Virus record (IMG/VR): IMGVR_UViG_3300046468_001139
DNA: 64,000 bases
DNA from: a virus
Reading direction: 5' to 3' (one strand)
A model generated the notes under the pieces. The model was not told where the DNA came from, searched no databases, and saw only the letters and a list, made by a program, of their open reading frames with translations. This document shows positions 9,583-18,520 of the stretch, in pieces (within the stretch, counting starts at the first letter, position 1; each line of letters begins with the position of its first letter). The position numbers and the translations under genes were made by a program.

Positions 9583-9590
9583 CATAAATA
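9583..9590 (+). promoter_or_regulatory. late promoter CATAAATA
   Basis: Upstream of the GGAGG RBS of the head-core operon. Confidence 0.6.
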
Positions 9591-9634
9591 CAACTGACAG
9601 CTTATCGTATCTAAACAACAGGAGGAGATAAAAA

Positions 9635-10609
9635 ATGGCTAATCAAAATAAATTTGAAGCAATGCTTGAAAAGCTAATTGCTGAAGACAAAGCGGGAGCA
9701 GAAGAATTGTTCCACGAAATCGTAGTTGAGAAATCACGCGATATCTATGAAAACTTATTAAAAGATGACGTAGAAGAAGTTGAAGTAGACGAAGCAACTG
9801 ATGAAGAAGTAGATGAAACTACTGACGAAGAAGTTGATGAGTCAAGCAACGACGAAGAAACTAACGAAGCAACTGACGAAGAAGTTGACGAAGCTACTGA
9901 CGAAGAAGTAGACGAAGCAACTGATGAAGAAGTAGACGAAGCTTCAGACGAAGAAGTTGACGAAAACTTTGTAGACGAAATTACACCAGAAGCTGAAGAT
10001 GACATGGGTGGCGATGCCGCTGATGACATGATGGCAGATATTGCCGCAGACAGCGAAGAAGGTGACAAAGAAGATGACGAAGACATTGAAGACAGAGTCA
10101 CTGATTTGGAAGATACATTCGATGACCTAAAAGCTGAATTTGACGCTATGATGGCTGATAAAGACGGTGACGAAGACGAAGGCGATGCAGAACCAGAAAT
10201 GGATATGGACGCTGGAGACGACGAAGGTGATGACGATGAGGCAGAAGAAGCTATTGCTCCTGAAGCCGATCTTGAAGTAGCACCAGCATTTGAAGGCAAA
10301 AAAGATGCCAACACTGAAATGCGTGAGTATGTTGAAAAAGTAACAGCTAATATGGGCGACAACGGTGATAACACTAAGTCTCCAGTAGCTGGCGCTAACG
10401 ACATGGGTGGAACTGCTGGAAACATTGCACAAGGTGGCGATGAAAAAGGTGGGAAAGCTGACTCGGCTAAAGAAGATAACGCAGGGAACGTTAACGTACC
10501 AGGCGGAAAAGCTTCAAAGTCAATGAGTGCTAACTCAAAAGGCCACGGCGCTGAGAAAAAAGGCGCAGGCGAAAGTGGAACTGATAGTAAAAGTACTATC
10601 GGATCTTAA
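9635..10609 (+). CDS. highly acidic prohead core protein (gp67-like position)
   Basis: Extremely D/E-rich; lies between portal and protease. Confidence 0.65.
   Translation: MANQNKFEAMLEKLIAEDKAGAEELFHEIVVEKSRDIYENLLKDDVEEVEVDEATDEEVDETTDEEVDESSNDEETNEATDEEVDEATDEEVDEATDEEVDEASDEEVDENFVDEITPEAEDDMGGDAADDMMADIAADSEEGDKEDDEDIEDRVTDLEDTFDDLKAEFDAMMADKDGDEDEGDAEPEMDMDAGDDEGDDDEAEEAIAPEADLEVAPAFEGKKDANTEMREYVEKVTANMGDNGDNTKSPVAGANDMGGTAGNIAQGGDEKGGKADSAKEDNAGNVNVPGGKASKSMSANSKGHGAEKKGAGESGTDSKSTIGS
9791..9961 (+). repeat. about 7 tandem 24-bp units encoding E(A/T)TDEEVD
   Basis: gaagcaactgatgaagaagtagac and variants in tandem. Confidence 0.85.
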
Positions 10610-10627
10610 TAGTTAAGGAACTTATAG

Positions 10628-11260
10628 GTGTTTAATTTAACTGAGACATTGACATTCGACCAAGCAGGTATGGTTGTCGAGACTACTGAAAACAAGAATG
10701 GAGGCAAAGATCTTTATCTTAAAGGTATTTGTATCCAGGGCGGTGTAAAAAACGCAAACCAGCGAGTTTACCCTGTTACTGAGATAGGTAGAGCTGTCAA
10801 AACTCTCAACGATCAAATCACAGGAGGATATAGTGTTCTTGGAGAAGTTGATCACCCAGAAGGACTTAACATTAACTTAGACCGTGTAAGCCATATGATC
10901 ACAGATATGTGGATGGATGGACCAAACGGTTATGGCAAGTTAAAAGTATTACCGACGCCAATGGGACAACTAGTTCAAACAATGCTGGAAAGCGGAGTTA
11001 AACTAGGTGTTTCATCGCGTGGGTCAGGCAACGTAAGTGAAGACGGTGCCGGCGAAGTAAGTGACTACGAGATTATTACAGTTGATGTTGTAGCACAGCC
11101 AAGTGCTCCGGGTGCATACCCAACCCCAATATATGAGCATTTAATAAACGCCCGTGGGGGGTACAAGGCATTAGAATTAGCAAGAGAAGTCCAAGGCGAC
11201 GCGAAGGCACAAAAATATTTAAAAGAATCTTTGGTGAATATCATCAAGGGTCTAAGGTAA
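10628..11260 (+). CDS. gp21: prohead protease
   Basis: GTG start; NANQRVYP, GEVDHP, LDRVSH, TPMG, GVSSRGSG, VDVVAQPS motifs. Confidence 0.95.
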   Translation: MFNLTETLTFDQAGMVVETTENKNGGKDLYLKGICIQGGVKNANQRVYPVTEIGRAVKTLNDQITGGYSVLGEVDHPEGLNINLDRVSHMITDMWMDGPNGYGKLKVLPTPMGQLVQTMLESGVKLGVSSRGSGNVSEDGAGEVSDYEIITVDVVAQPSAPGAYPTPIYEHLINARGGYKALELAREVQGDAKAQKYLKESLVNIIKGLR

Positions 11261-11272
11261 TAGGAGACCATA

Positions 11273-12376
11273 ATGTTGGAAGCACTAAAATCACTTTTTG
11301 AAAACAATGTTCTTTCTGAAGAGATTAAAGCTGACATCCAAGAAGCGTGGGACAAACAAGTTAATGAAAATAAACTTGCTGTCACAGCTGAACTTCGCGA
11401 AGAGTTTGCTTCAAAGTATGAGCATGATAAGGCTCAAATGGTAGAAGCAGTTGATGCATTAGTCAACGATAAACTAAGTGAAGAAATTTCCGAATTTGCT
11501 GAAGATAGAAAAGCATTAGCAGAAGCAAGAGCAAAATACGCTGTTGCAATGCGTGAAAACGCAGGTATGCTAAAAGGCTTTGTATTTGATCAGCTTAAGA
11601 AGGAAGTTGGAGAACTACATGAAGATCAGAAAGTTGTATCAGAGAAATTTGGTGCTCTTGAAGAATTTGTAGTAGAAGCTTTGTCAAAAGAAATTGCAGA
11701 GTTCCATCAAGATAAGAAAGACTTAGCAGAAACGAAAGTACGTTTAGTACGTGAAGCTAAAGATCACTTAGCAAAAGTTAAAGCTAACTTTGTTAAGAGA
11801 AGTGCAGAACTAGTAACTGAAACAGTAAGTAAAGGCCTTAAAAAGGAAATTACTGCACTGAAAGAAGATATTGATTCAGCACGTAAAAACGATTTTGGTC
11901 GCAAGATTTTCGAAACATTTGCGGGTGAGTATACTAACTCATACTTAAATGAAAAATCAGAAACATCTAAGCTAATGAAAGTTGTTGAGTTGAAAGACAA
12001 AACAGTTGAAGAAGCTAAAGCAGATGTTGCTGAGAAGTCGAAGATTATTGAATCTAAAGAAGCAGAGATTGCTAAATTAGTTGAAGCGACTAAGAGAAAA
12101 GAAGTAATGCACGAATTAACTGGTCCTTTGAGCAAGGATCAACGTGAGATTATGAATGACTTACTGGAAAGTGTACAAACGGACAAACTGAAAGGTGCGT
12201 TTGACAAGTACATTACTGCCGTTATTGACGGGAAGACTCCGGAAAAGAAGAAGGCGAAATTGACAGAGTCAGAGGCAAAAGAAATCACAGGCAATAGAAA
12301 AACTAACGTTAGTAGTGTAAGCGTCGAATCAACAAATAATATTGTTGACATTAGACGACTTGCAGGATTGAAATAA
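11273..12376 (+). CDS. gp22: prohead core scaffold protein
   Basis: Coiled-coil E/K-rich protein between protease and major capsid. Confidence 0.85.
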   Translation: MLEALKSLFENNVLSEEIKADIQEAWDKQVNENKLAVTAELREEFASKYEHDKAQMVEAVDALVNDKLSEEISEFAEDRKALAEARAKYAVAMRENAGMLKGFVFDQLKKEVGELHEDQKVVSEKFGALEEFVVEALSKEIAEFHQDKKDLAETKVRLVREAKDHLAKVKANFVKRSAELVTETVSKGLKKEITALKEDIDSARKNDFGRKIFETFAGEYTNSYLNEKSETSKLMKVVELKDKTVEEAKADVAEKSKIIESKEAEIAKLVEATKRKEVMHELTGPLSKDQREIMNDLLESVQTDKLKGAFDKYITAVIDGKTPEKKKAKLTESEAKEITGNRKTNVSSVSVESTNNIVDIRRLAGLK

Positions 12377-12386
12377 GGAGAAAATA

Positions 12387-13553
12387 ATGTCAGAACTACT
12401 AGAAAGTCGCTGGCAGGATACCAAAGTTGCACTTTTAGAAGGCCTTCAAGGCAATAAGAAAGCAACAATGGCAAGCACTCTTGAAAACACACGCAAGTGG
12501 TTGAATGAGACTGCTACAGCTGGTTCTACAAGCGCCGGTAATGTTGCAACTCTAAATAGAGTTATCCTACCAGTAATCAGACGTGTCATGCCAACTGTAA
12601 TCGCCAACGAATTAGTCGGTGTACAGCCTATGACAGGTCCAGTGGGTCAAATCCACACATTAAGAGTACGTTACTCAGATTCATCTGATGGTAACGAAGT
12701 AGGTGAAGAAGCACTTTCACCATTTAAGATCGCATCAGCTTACTCAGGTAACGCTACAGATGCAACACCAAAAGGATCTGCAACAGCGGCTCTTGAAGGT
12801 GCGGCTGGTAAGAGATTATCAATCCAGATCTTAAAGCAAACTGTCGAAGCAAAAACCAGAAAGCTATCAGCTAGATGGACTTTTGAAGCGGCTCAAGATG
12901 CTCAAGCACAGCAAGGTATCGATATTGAAGCAGAAATTATGGCGGCATTAGCCCAAGAAATTACTGCTGAGATTGATCAAGAAGTATTAGCTTCTTTACG
13001 TGCTTTAGCAGGATCTACAAACCAACAAGCATACGACCAGACTGCTGTAAGTGGTACTGCAACATTCGTAGGTGACGAACATGCGGCATTAGCTGTAATG
13101 ATCAACCGTGTTGCAAACACTATCGCTCAGCGTACTAGACGTGGTGCTGGTAACTACGCAGTGGTATCGCCACATGCATTAACTGTACTTCAGTCAGCAA
13201 CAACTTCAGCGTTCGCAAGAACAACTGAAGGTTCTTTCGAAGCTCCAACTAACACTAAAATGGTTGGTACTTTGAATAGTGCTATGAAAGTATATGTTGA
13301 TTCATATGCGGCTGATAACACAGCAGTACTAGTTGGTTACAAAGGATCTTCAGAGTCAGACGCACCAGCGTTTTACTGCCCATACATTCCATTAATGAGC
13401 AGTGGCGTAGTGTTAGACCCTGATAGCTTTGAGCCAGTAGTAAGCTTCATGACTAGATACGGATATGTTGAGTTATCAAACACAGCATCGTCTCTAGGTA
13501 ACGCGGCGGACTACTTAGGTACAGTTACTATCGCAGGTGTAACATTCTCTTAA
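12387..13553 (+). CDS. gp23: major capsid protein
   Basis: RRVMPTVIANELVGVQPMTGPVG, KTRKLSARWTFEAAQD, FYCPYIPL, FMTRYG motifs. Confidence 0.97.
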   Translation: MSELLESRWQDTKVALLEGLQGNKKATMASTLENTRKWLNETATAGSTSAGNVATLNRVILPVIRRVMPTVIANELVGVQPMTGPVGQIHTLRVRYSDSSDGNEVGEEALSPFKIASAYSGNATDATPKGSATAALEGAAGKRLSIQILKQTVEAKTRKLSARWTFEAAQDAQAQQGIDIEAEIMAALAQEITAEIDQEVLASLRALAGSTNQQAYDQTAVSGTATFVGDEHAALAVMINRVANTIAQRTRRGAGNYAVVSPHALTVLQSATTSAFARTTEGSFEAPTNTKMVGTLNSAMKVYVDSYAADNTAVLVGYKGSSESDAPAFYCPYIPLMSSGVVLDPDSFEPVVSFMTRYGYVELSNTASSLGNAADYLGTVTIAGVTFS

Positions 13554-13579
13554 GACATAGTCTTAAATAGAAGTACTAG

Positions 13580-13611
13580 AAAGGGCGGACTTAATTGTTC
13601 GCCCTTTTTTT
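13580..13611 (+). terminator. intrinsic terminator after gp23
   Basis: AAGGGCGGAC-TTAATT-GTTCGCCCTT followed by a T run. Confidence 0.85.
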
Positions 13612-13653
13612 ATGACTAAAATTCCATTTTATATATTTTGGTAAACAAAGTGA

Positions 13654-13682
13654 TTGCTCTTTGTTAATAACAATGTTATATT
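13654..13682 (+). promoter_or_regulatory. sigma70-like promoter
   Basis: TTGCTC-17 bp-TATATT with extended -10 TG; predicted start near 13688-13690. Confidence 0.55.
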
Positions 13683-13687
13683 ATTAA

Positions 13688-13903
13688 TATAGCAACAAAA
13701 GAGTAATTAGCTTTTGTTTATAGTGCAAGGAAGAGGCCTTTACCAGAAGGGTCGAACTTGACTAGCCAGGGGTGGTACCCAGGTGCTGTAGTAGAAATAC
13801 GCAGTATCACATCGCAGTCACTAGCGGGGTTAGGTTGTACGTATTAGAATGGTATTCGGGTACGTGCTTGTAGGTGTAACCAAGTCCTACCTATTTTGCT
13901 ATA
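13688..13903 (+). ncRNA. unidentified structured ncRNA candidate (about 215 nt)
   Basis: No ORF in the track; closing stem TATAGCAA/TTGCTATA; several internal hairpins including a GAAA tetraloop; more GC-rich than flanks. Confidence 0.6.
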
Positions 13904-13989
13904 CTTAAATTTAGACTCGCAAAAAGACCTATTATAAGCACCTTTTTCGCCGACCGGCTAAATACATATAACAACTTCTAAACAATGAC

Positions 13990-14013
13990 AAACTGCTTTA
14001 TGCAGTTTTTTTT
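13990..14013 (+). terminator. intrinsic terminator
   Basis: AAACTGC-TTTAT-GCAGTTT plus T run. Confidence 0.7.
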
Positions 14014-14041
14014 GTGACTAAACGTTCTGCTAAATATTAGT

Positions 14042-14449
14042 ATGAAGGACGAGTACACAACAGTCTTTTACGACCTTGTCCAAGAGACACAGTCCACTAC
14101 AGGATACGAACTTCCAGTAGAAGTTGAAGCATATGTAGTAATGCTTCTTGCATCCAAAATAGATAAACCAAATATTATTCCCGTTGAAAGTTTTGCACAA
14201 TCTTACCTTGCACTAAAACAACCTTATAGATTAACAGCTAAAGAATTAGGTGACACATGCCTGTTTGTAACAAGCGTATTCCCCTCTTACGGACGTCGAT
14301 ACGGTTTAGACAAGCATTACTATAGCAACATAGGAAAGAACAGCTACAGCCTAGTTAAAACAAGTTTAAACGGCCAACTGTTCGAAGTACTAGAAACACA
14401 ATTTGATTTTGTAAGAGATTTCATTTCATTAACAGTACGAATTGATTAA
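14042..14449 (+). CDS. hypothetical protein (135 aa)
   Basis: ORF with TAAATA 5 nt upstream; LGD.CLF...FP....YY..IG..SY motif recalls a bacterial conserved hypothetical family. Confidence 0.65.
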   Translation: MKDEYTTVFYDLVQETQSTTGYELPVEVEAYVVMLLASKIDKPNIIPVESFAQSYLALKQPYRLTAKELGDTCLFVTSVFPSYGRRYGLDKHYYSNIGKNSYSLVKTSLNGQLFEVLETQFDFVRDFISLTVRID

Positions 14450-14460
14450 ACAGATAAATA

Positions 14461-14545
14461 CTTGTGTCAAATAGTGTGCCGCAAGGCGGACTTATGCAGA
14501 ATACCAACTGCGTAGCTCATAGAACGGGCATTGGACTACTTTTTA
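14461..14545 (+). promoter_or_regulatory. structured 5' leader after late promoter GATAAATA (14453-14460)
   Basis: GCC-GCAA-GGC tetraloop; TATGCAG/CTGCGTA stem. Confidence 0.45.
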
Positions 14546-14558
14546 TAGGAGAAAACAA

Positions 14559-15020
14559 ATGGGAAGACCAATTAATAAAAGATATTTCGGAGTAGAGGGT
14601 GTAGGCCCAACTGCTGGCGGAACAGAGATCAAAGTAAACTTTCATAATGGCACAGCCGTTAAAGAAGGTTATATTGTTAAACAACTAGGTTCAAAAAAAT
14701 TCCGTGTTGAAGAAATTGAAACAGCAGGAACTTTTGATTGTACACTAACAACTGGCGTATTACCAGCGGCTTTAACAGCTGGCCAAATGTCAATTTCAGT
14801 ACAAGGTGCAGACTCAGAAACTTATGGCGTAAGTAAAATTACAAACCGTATGGTTAAAGTAGCTCAGCCAAGTGCAACTGGATCTAACGCACTAGACGGC
14901 GAAAGCCTTAAGTGGGCGTTAACTGGTGCCGCGGCATCTGGTACAGTTAGAATGGAAGAAGCTGGTGATGATAACACATTAACTGGTACAGACGACGACG
15001 ATCTAACAGAAGACGCATAA
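14559..15020 (+). CDS. putative virion structural protein
   Basis: Own late promoter, RBS and terminator; G/T/A-rich; Y.VKQ.GS.KF.V motif. Confidence 0.55.
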   Translation: MGRPINKRYFGVEGVGPTAGGTEIKVNFHNGTAVKEGYIVKQLGSKKFRVEEIETAGTFDCTLTTGVLPAALTAGQMSISVQGADSETYGVSKITNRMVKVAQPSATGSNALDGESLKWALTGAAASGTVRMEEAGDDNTLTGTDDDDLTEDA

Positions 15021-15027
15021 TATATTA

Positions 15028-15060
15028 ATAGTGTAGGGGAGCAATCCCCTACATTGTTTG
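15028..15060 (+). terminator. hairpin / probable terminator
   Basis: TGTAGGGGA-GCAA-TCCCCTACA followed by TTGTTT. Confidence 0.7.
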
Positions 15061-15075
15061 CTTAGGAATTTATAA

Positions 15076-16044
15076 ATGAGACAATTAGTAACAGATGGTG
15101 ATTATACGTTAAAGGTAGCAAGTGGTGGAACGCTTACTATTGATACCGGTAACCAAATTGGACAACTATACCTAACAGGTAATTTAGTTGTTAATGGTAC
15201 ACAAACAAATGTTACCAGTGCTGATTTAAATATTGACGATAATATTATTGTTCTCAATGCTGGCGAAACAGGAGCAGGTGTTACACTTAATCAATCTGGT
15301 TTTAGAGTTGAAAGAGGTAGCTTACCTGACACACAGTTTTTATTCGACGAAAGTATTTCGTGGAATGATCCAGTAACACAAACAATTAAGACAGGTGCAT
15401 TTACACTAATAGATGAGTCCGGTGGAAACGTTGGACTAAACGTTAGAAGTATTGCAACAGGTGGCGGAGATTTATTTTTAATCAATGCAGGTACAGGTGT
15501 TGTTAGTGTTAGTGGTACAAATAATTACGAAGACCAAGTTACAGACGACGATGACATTCCAAACAAAGCGTATGTTGACGGCGCTGTTGCAACACAGGTT
15601 GCCGCGGCAAACTTTAAAAGACTAAGAACAGGTAGTGCTAGTCTTACAGAGATTGTTGTTTCAGACTTTGAAGACAATGGTTTAGCAAGTAACTTTAGTA
15701 TTACAGTTGACGGTGTTAACAATGTTACATACTTCAACAATAGAACAGAATTACACGATTTAAGAATTACCGGTTCAATGATTGAAACTACAGTAAGTAG
15801 TGCAGATCTTGTTTTATCAGCACCTGGCACAGGTTCAGTTGTTGTAGACGACCAACTACAGATACTATCAACACCTAGTTCAGATGATGCAAGTGTTGAT
15901 CCTTCAGCACCAACAGATGGAGCAAAACTTTATGTTAAGGCTCCAGGAGTAGGCAAAACAGGAATATATTATGTAAATAGTAGTAATGTAAATGATGAAT
16001 TAGTAAGTAAAAATAGATCATTACTTTTGAGTATGATTTTTTAA
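15076..16044 (+). CDS. tail/baseplate structural protein
   Basis: GNLVVNGT, DNIIVLN, G..VERG, PNKAYVD fibre motifs. Confidence 0.65.
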   Translation: MRQLVTDGDYTLKVASGGTLTIDTGNQIGQLYLTGNLVVNGTQTNVTSADLNIDDNIIVLNAGETGAGVTLNQSGFRVERGSLPDTQFLFDESISWNDPVTQTIKTGAFTLIDESGGNVGLNVRSIATGGGDLFLINAGTGVVSVSGTNNYEDQVTDDDDIPNKAYVDGAVATQVAAANFKRLRTGSASLTEIVVSDFEDNGLASNFSITVDGVNNVTYFNNRTELHDLRITGSMIETTVSSADLVLSAPGTGSVVVDDQLQILSTPSSDDASVDPSAPTDGAKLYVKAPGVGKTGIYYVNSSNVNDELVSKNRSLLLSMIF

Positions 16045-16053
16045 GGAAGCAAA

Positions 16054-16386
16054 ATGGCAATAGCACAAGCAACAATAGGCGCAACAGATACAGTAGTACT
16101 AACAGTACCAGCAAACAAATCATATGCTATTACAACTATTATGGTATGTAATACAGCGGCATACGATGCGGCAGGTACTAATGATACTTCTTTTGATTTG
16201 CACTTTGTACAGCAATCACAACCTAAGAGTAATACTAATATGGTTGTTAAAGAGATGCCTGTACCAGGTGGAGAAACTTTTACATTTGATAGTGAAAAAG
16301 TTATCTTATCAGCAGGAGATTCAGTTACACTACTAAGTCAAGCACCGTTGAATTTAAGTGTAACAGTTAGTTATTTGGAAGTTTAA
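16054..16386 (+). CDS. small beta-rich virion protein (paralog of 20008 and 32244)
   Basis: TVPA ... CN ... K.IL..GD ... VSYLEV pattern. Confidence 0.6.
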   Translation: MAIAQATIGATDTVVLTVPANKSYAITTIMVCNTAAYDAAGTNDTSFDLHFVQQSQPKSNTNMVVKEMPVPGGETFTFDSEKVILSAGDSVTLLSQAPLNLSVTVSYLEV

Positions 16387-16387
16387 T

Positions 16388-16891
16388 ATGCGTTTTTTAA
16401 AAGCACAAAGTACAAATGCTAGAGGCATCTACGGTAACAAAGATATTCGTAGAGATATTAATGGCCTAGTTACATTAGACAGTACTAACGCTGTAATGGT
16501 ACCAATTGGTACAACTGCACAGCAACCAGGCAATCCGACCAACGGAATGATGCGTTACAATACTACAACTAACGTATTTGAAAATTATGAAAACAGTTCA
16601 TGGGCACCTGTAAGAAGATTTGCTCCAGCAAACATTGTTGTACAAGCCGCAGGTAACGGCGATGATGTAGAAACAAAGTTTGGTCCATTAAATAACGGTG
16701 ACAGTTATAACCCGGCACCAGCGGCCGCACAAAACATACTTGTAATGGTAGAAAACGTTTTACAAATACCTACAACTAACTATGTACTAGAACAAAATCC
16801 AAGTGGCTATGCCGCAGGATGGTATGTAGTATTTGGAACCGCAGTACCAACAGGAAAACCTGTAACAATCTTCCACAACTTCGACAAGTAA
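16388..16891 (+). CDS. tail structural protein
   Basis: P.GTTAQ.P...GMMRYNTT..FE.Y domain; V.VENVLQ.P..NY repeat. Confidence 0.6.
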   Translation: MRFLKAQSTNARGIYGNKDIRRDINGLVTLDSTNAVMVPIGTTAQQPGNPTNGMMRYNTTTNVFENYENSSWAPVRRFAPANIVVQAAGNGDDVETKFGPLNNGDSYNPAPAAAQNILVMVENVLQIPTTNYVLEQNPSGYAAGWYVVFGTAVPTGKPVTIFHNFDK

Positions 16892-16920
16892 ATCCTATAA
16901 ATATAGTATAGGAGGGCATA

Positions 16921-18378
16921 ATGGCCATAGCAAGAATATCCGGTCCGTTACTAGCATCAAACTTAGTACGTACACAATCCGATCTTAAATTTGAAACTGA
17001 TCTTCTTCACATTGGTTCTAGTAACACTCGTATTGGTGTTAGAACAGATGCCCCTACAGACTTATTACAAATTAACGGTCAAGTTAAAATTATTGACCCA
17101 TATGCAACACGCTTAACTGGCGGCAATATCGAAATTAATACAAATGGTGCTAGAGCAGTTGTAGGCGATATTAATTTAGACTCACAAGCAAACATTCGTG
17201 CTGAAGAAATTAATACTGAAAAGTTATCTTTCAATTCACGCACAATTAGTAGTTTTACAAACAGCGATATTGTATTTGATCCTAACGGTTCGGGTACTAC
17301 ACAGTTCTTAAAAAGTGTTGTACAAATAGGTGATATGCACGCCGACGGAAATATTACTATTGCAGGTAATGTTAGTACAGGCGGAACATTTAACTTTGGT
17401 GACGATGCAAGTGATCAACTTTCATTTGGTAGTGTAGACTTTAGTCAAGATATAAATCCTAGAAGAACTGAGGACTTATTAAACTTAGGTAGTGCTACTA
17501 AGATGTGGAACAATTTTACTGTTGGTAAAGCAGTATTAGGTGACATTGAAATTGACACAGGTGTAATTACAACTAGAAGTTCAGGTAACAATTTAATAAT
17601 ACGTGCTAGTGGAACAGGAGCAGTTGTTATTGACAATATGCGTTTCTCTAGTAGTACACTTACAACTACATCGGGTGATTTAGTAATAGAACCAGGTGAT
17701 GAAGACGTAGGCATTAGTGCCGCAGGTGCATTAAATGTTCCTCATGGTACAGAAGCACAAAGACCTAGTACTTACAGAGATGTTAGATATAATACAACAA
17801 CTAACTTCTTTGAATTATTTTCAAACGCATATACCCCATTAAAAGGTATATGGAGTGAGGATAGACAAACTTATGTGTTAGCAGACAACAGCAACAGATT
17901 TGATTTTTATACTAATGGTGTAACAAATGTTAATATGGGTGTTGACGGATTGACTGCACATAGACTAGTATCACAAGACAGTATTACAATTGACAACGGA
18001 ACTATTAGTTCAGCTGGTACTAACGATGCTATTAATTTAACAGCAAATGGTACGGGTAGTGTTATTACAGCAAACTTTAAGTTCAAAGGTAATACTATTA
18101 CTAACACACATGCAACTAATAATCTAGTATTATCTAAAACAGGAATATACGGATATATTCAATTTGACGGCACATATGGAATAAAAATACCATATGGATC
18201 AACAGCCGCAAGACCACTAGGATATATTGGAGCAACACGCTTTAATACTACACTAAACTACCTTGAAACGTATGATGGTGCCAGTCAAACCTGGGCAAAC
18301 GTATCAGGTGCAGGTGATTCTATTAACACCGAGTATATGGAAGAACTAGGCTTTATCTATACGTTAGCACTCGGTTAA
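16921..18378 (+). CDS. tail fibre/baseplate structural protein
   Basis: Repeated D....PNG.G beta motifs; two P.G..A.RP...R.NTT domains; TATAAATA at 16896-16903. Confidence 0.65.
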   Translation: MAIARISGPLLASNLVRTQSDLKFETDLLHIGSSNTRIGVRTDAPTDLLQINGQVKIIDPYATRLTGGNIEINTNGARAVVGDINLDSQANIRAEEINTEKLSFNSRTISSFTNSDIVFDPNGSGTTQFLKSVVQIGDMHADGNITIAGNVSTGGTFNFGDDASDQLSFGSVDFSQDINPRRTEDLLNLGSATKMWNNFTVGKAVLGDIEIDTGVITTRSSGNNLIIRASGTGAVVIDNMRFSSSTLTTTSGDLVIEPGDEDVGISAAGALNVPHGTEAQRPSTYRDVRYNTTTNFFELFSNAYTPLKGIWSEDRQTYVLADNSNRFDFYTNGVTNVNMGVDGLTAHRLVSQDSITIDNGTISSAGTNDAINLTANGTGSVITANFKFKGNTITNTHATNNLVLSKTGIYGYIQFDGTYGIKIPYGSTAARPLGYIGATRFNTTLNYLETYDGASQTWANVSGAGDSINTEYMEELGFIYTLALG

Positions 18379-18399
18379 TTCCAAAATCGATAAATACAT

Positions 18400-18505
18400 A
18401 TAACATAGTACAAGACCAGTGAAGGGAGAGATACCGTTCACCGTGCTGTGGGACATTACTGTGGTCAACCCGCAATGTAAGGTGGTTGGAGGGACAGGAT
18501 CCCCG
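18400..18505 (+). promoter_or_regulatory. structured 5' leader after late promoter GATAAATA (18389-18396)
   Basis: GACCA/TGGTC, GTGAA/TTCAC, CAACC/GGTTG and GGGA/TCCC stems. Confidence 0.45.
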
Positions 18506-18520
18506 TATTAGGAGAAAAAG

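Noticed and set aside
9791-9961. Short periodic repeats resembling a CRISPR array
   Set aside because: In-frame coding tandem repeats with no unique spacers; no cas genes in the window
13688-13903. tRNA, tmRNA, RNase P, group I/II intron or hammerhead identity for the structured region
   Set aside because: No cloverleaf or TTCRA arm, no GAGGAAAGTCC, no domain V, no CTGATGA/GAAA core recognisable
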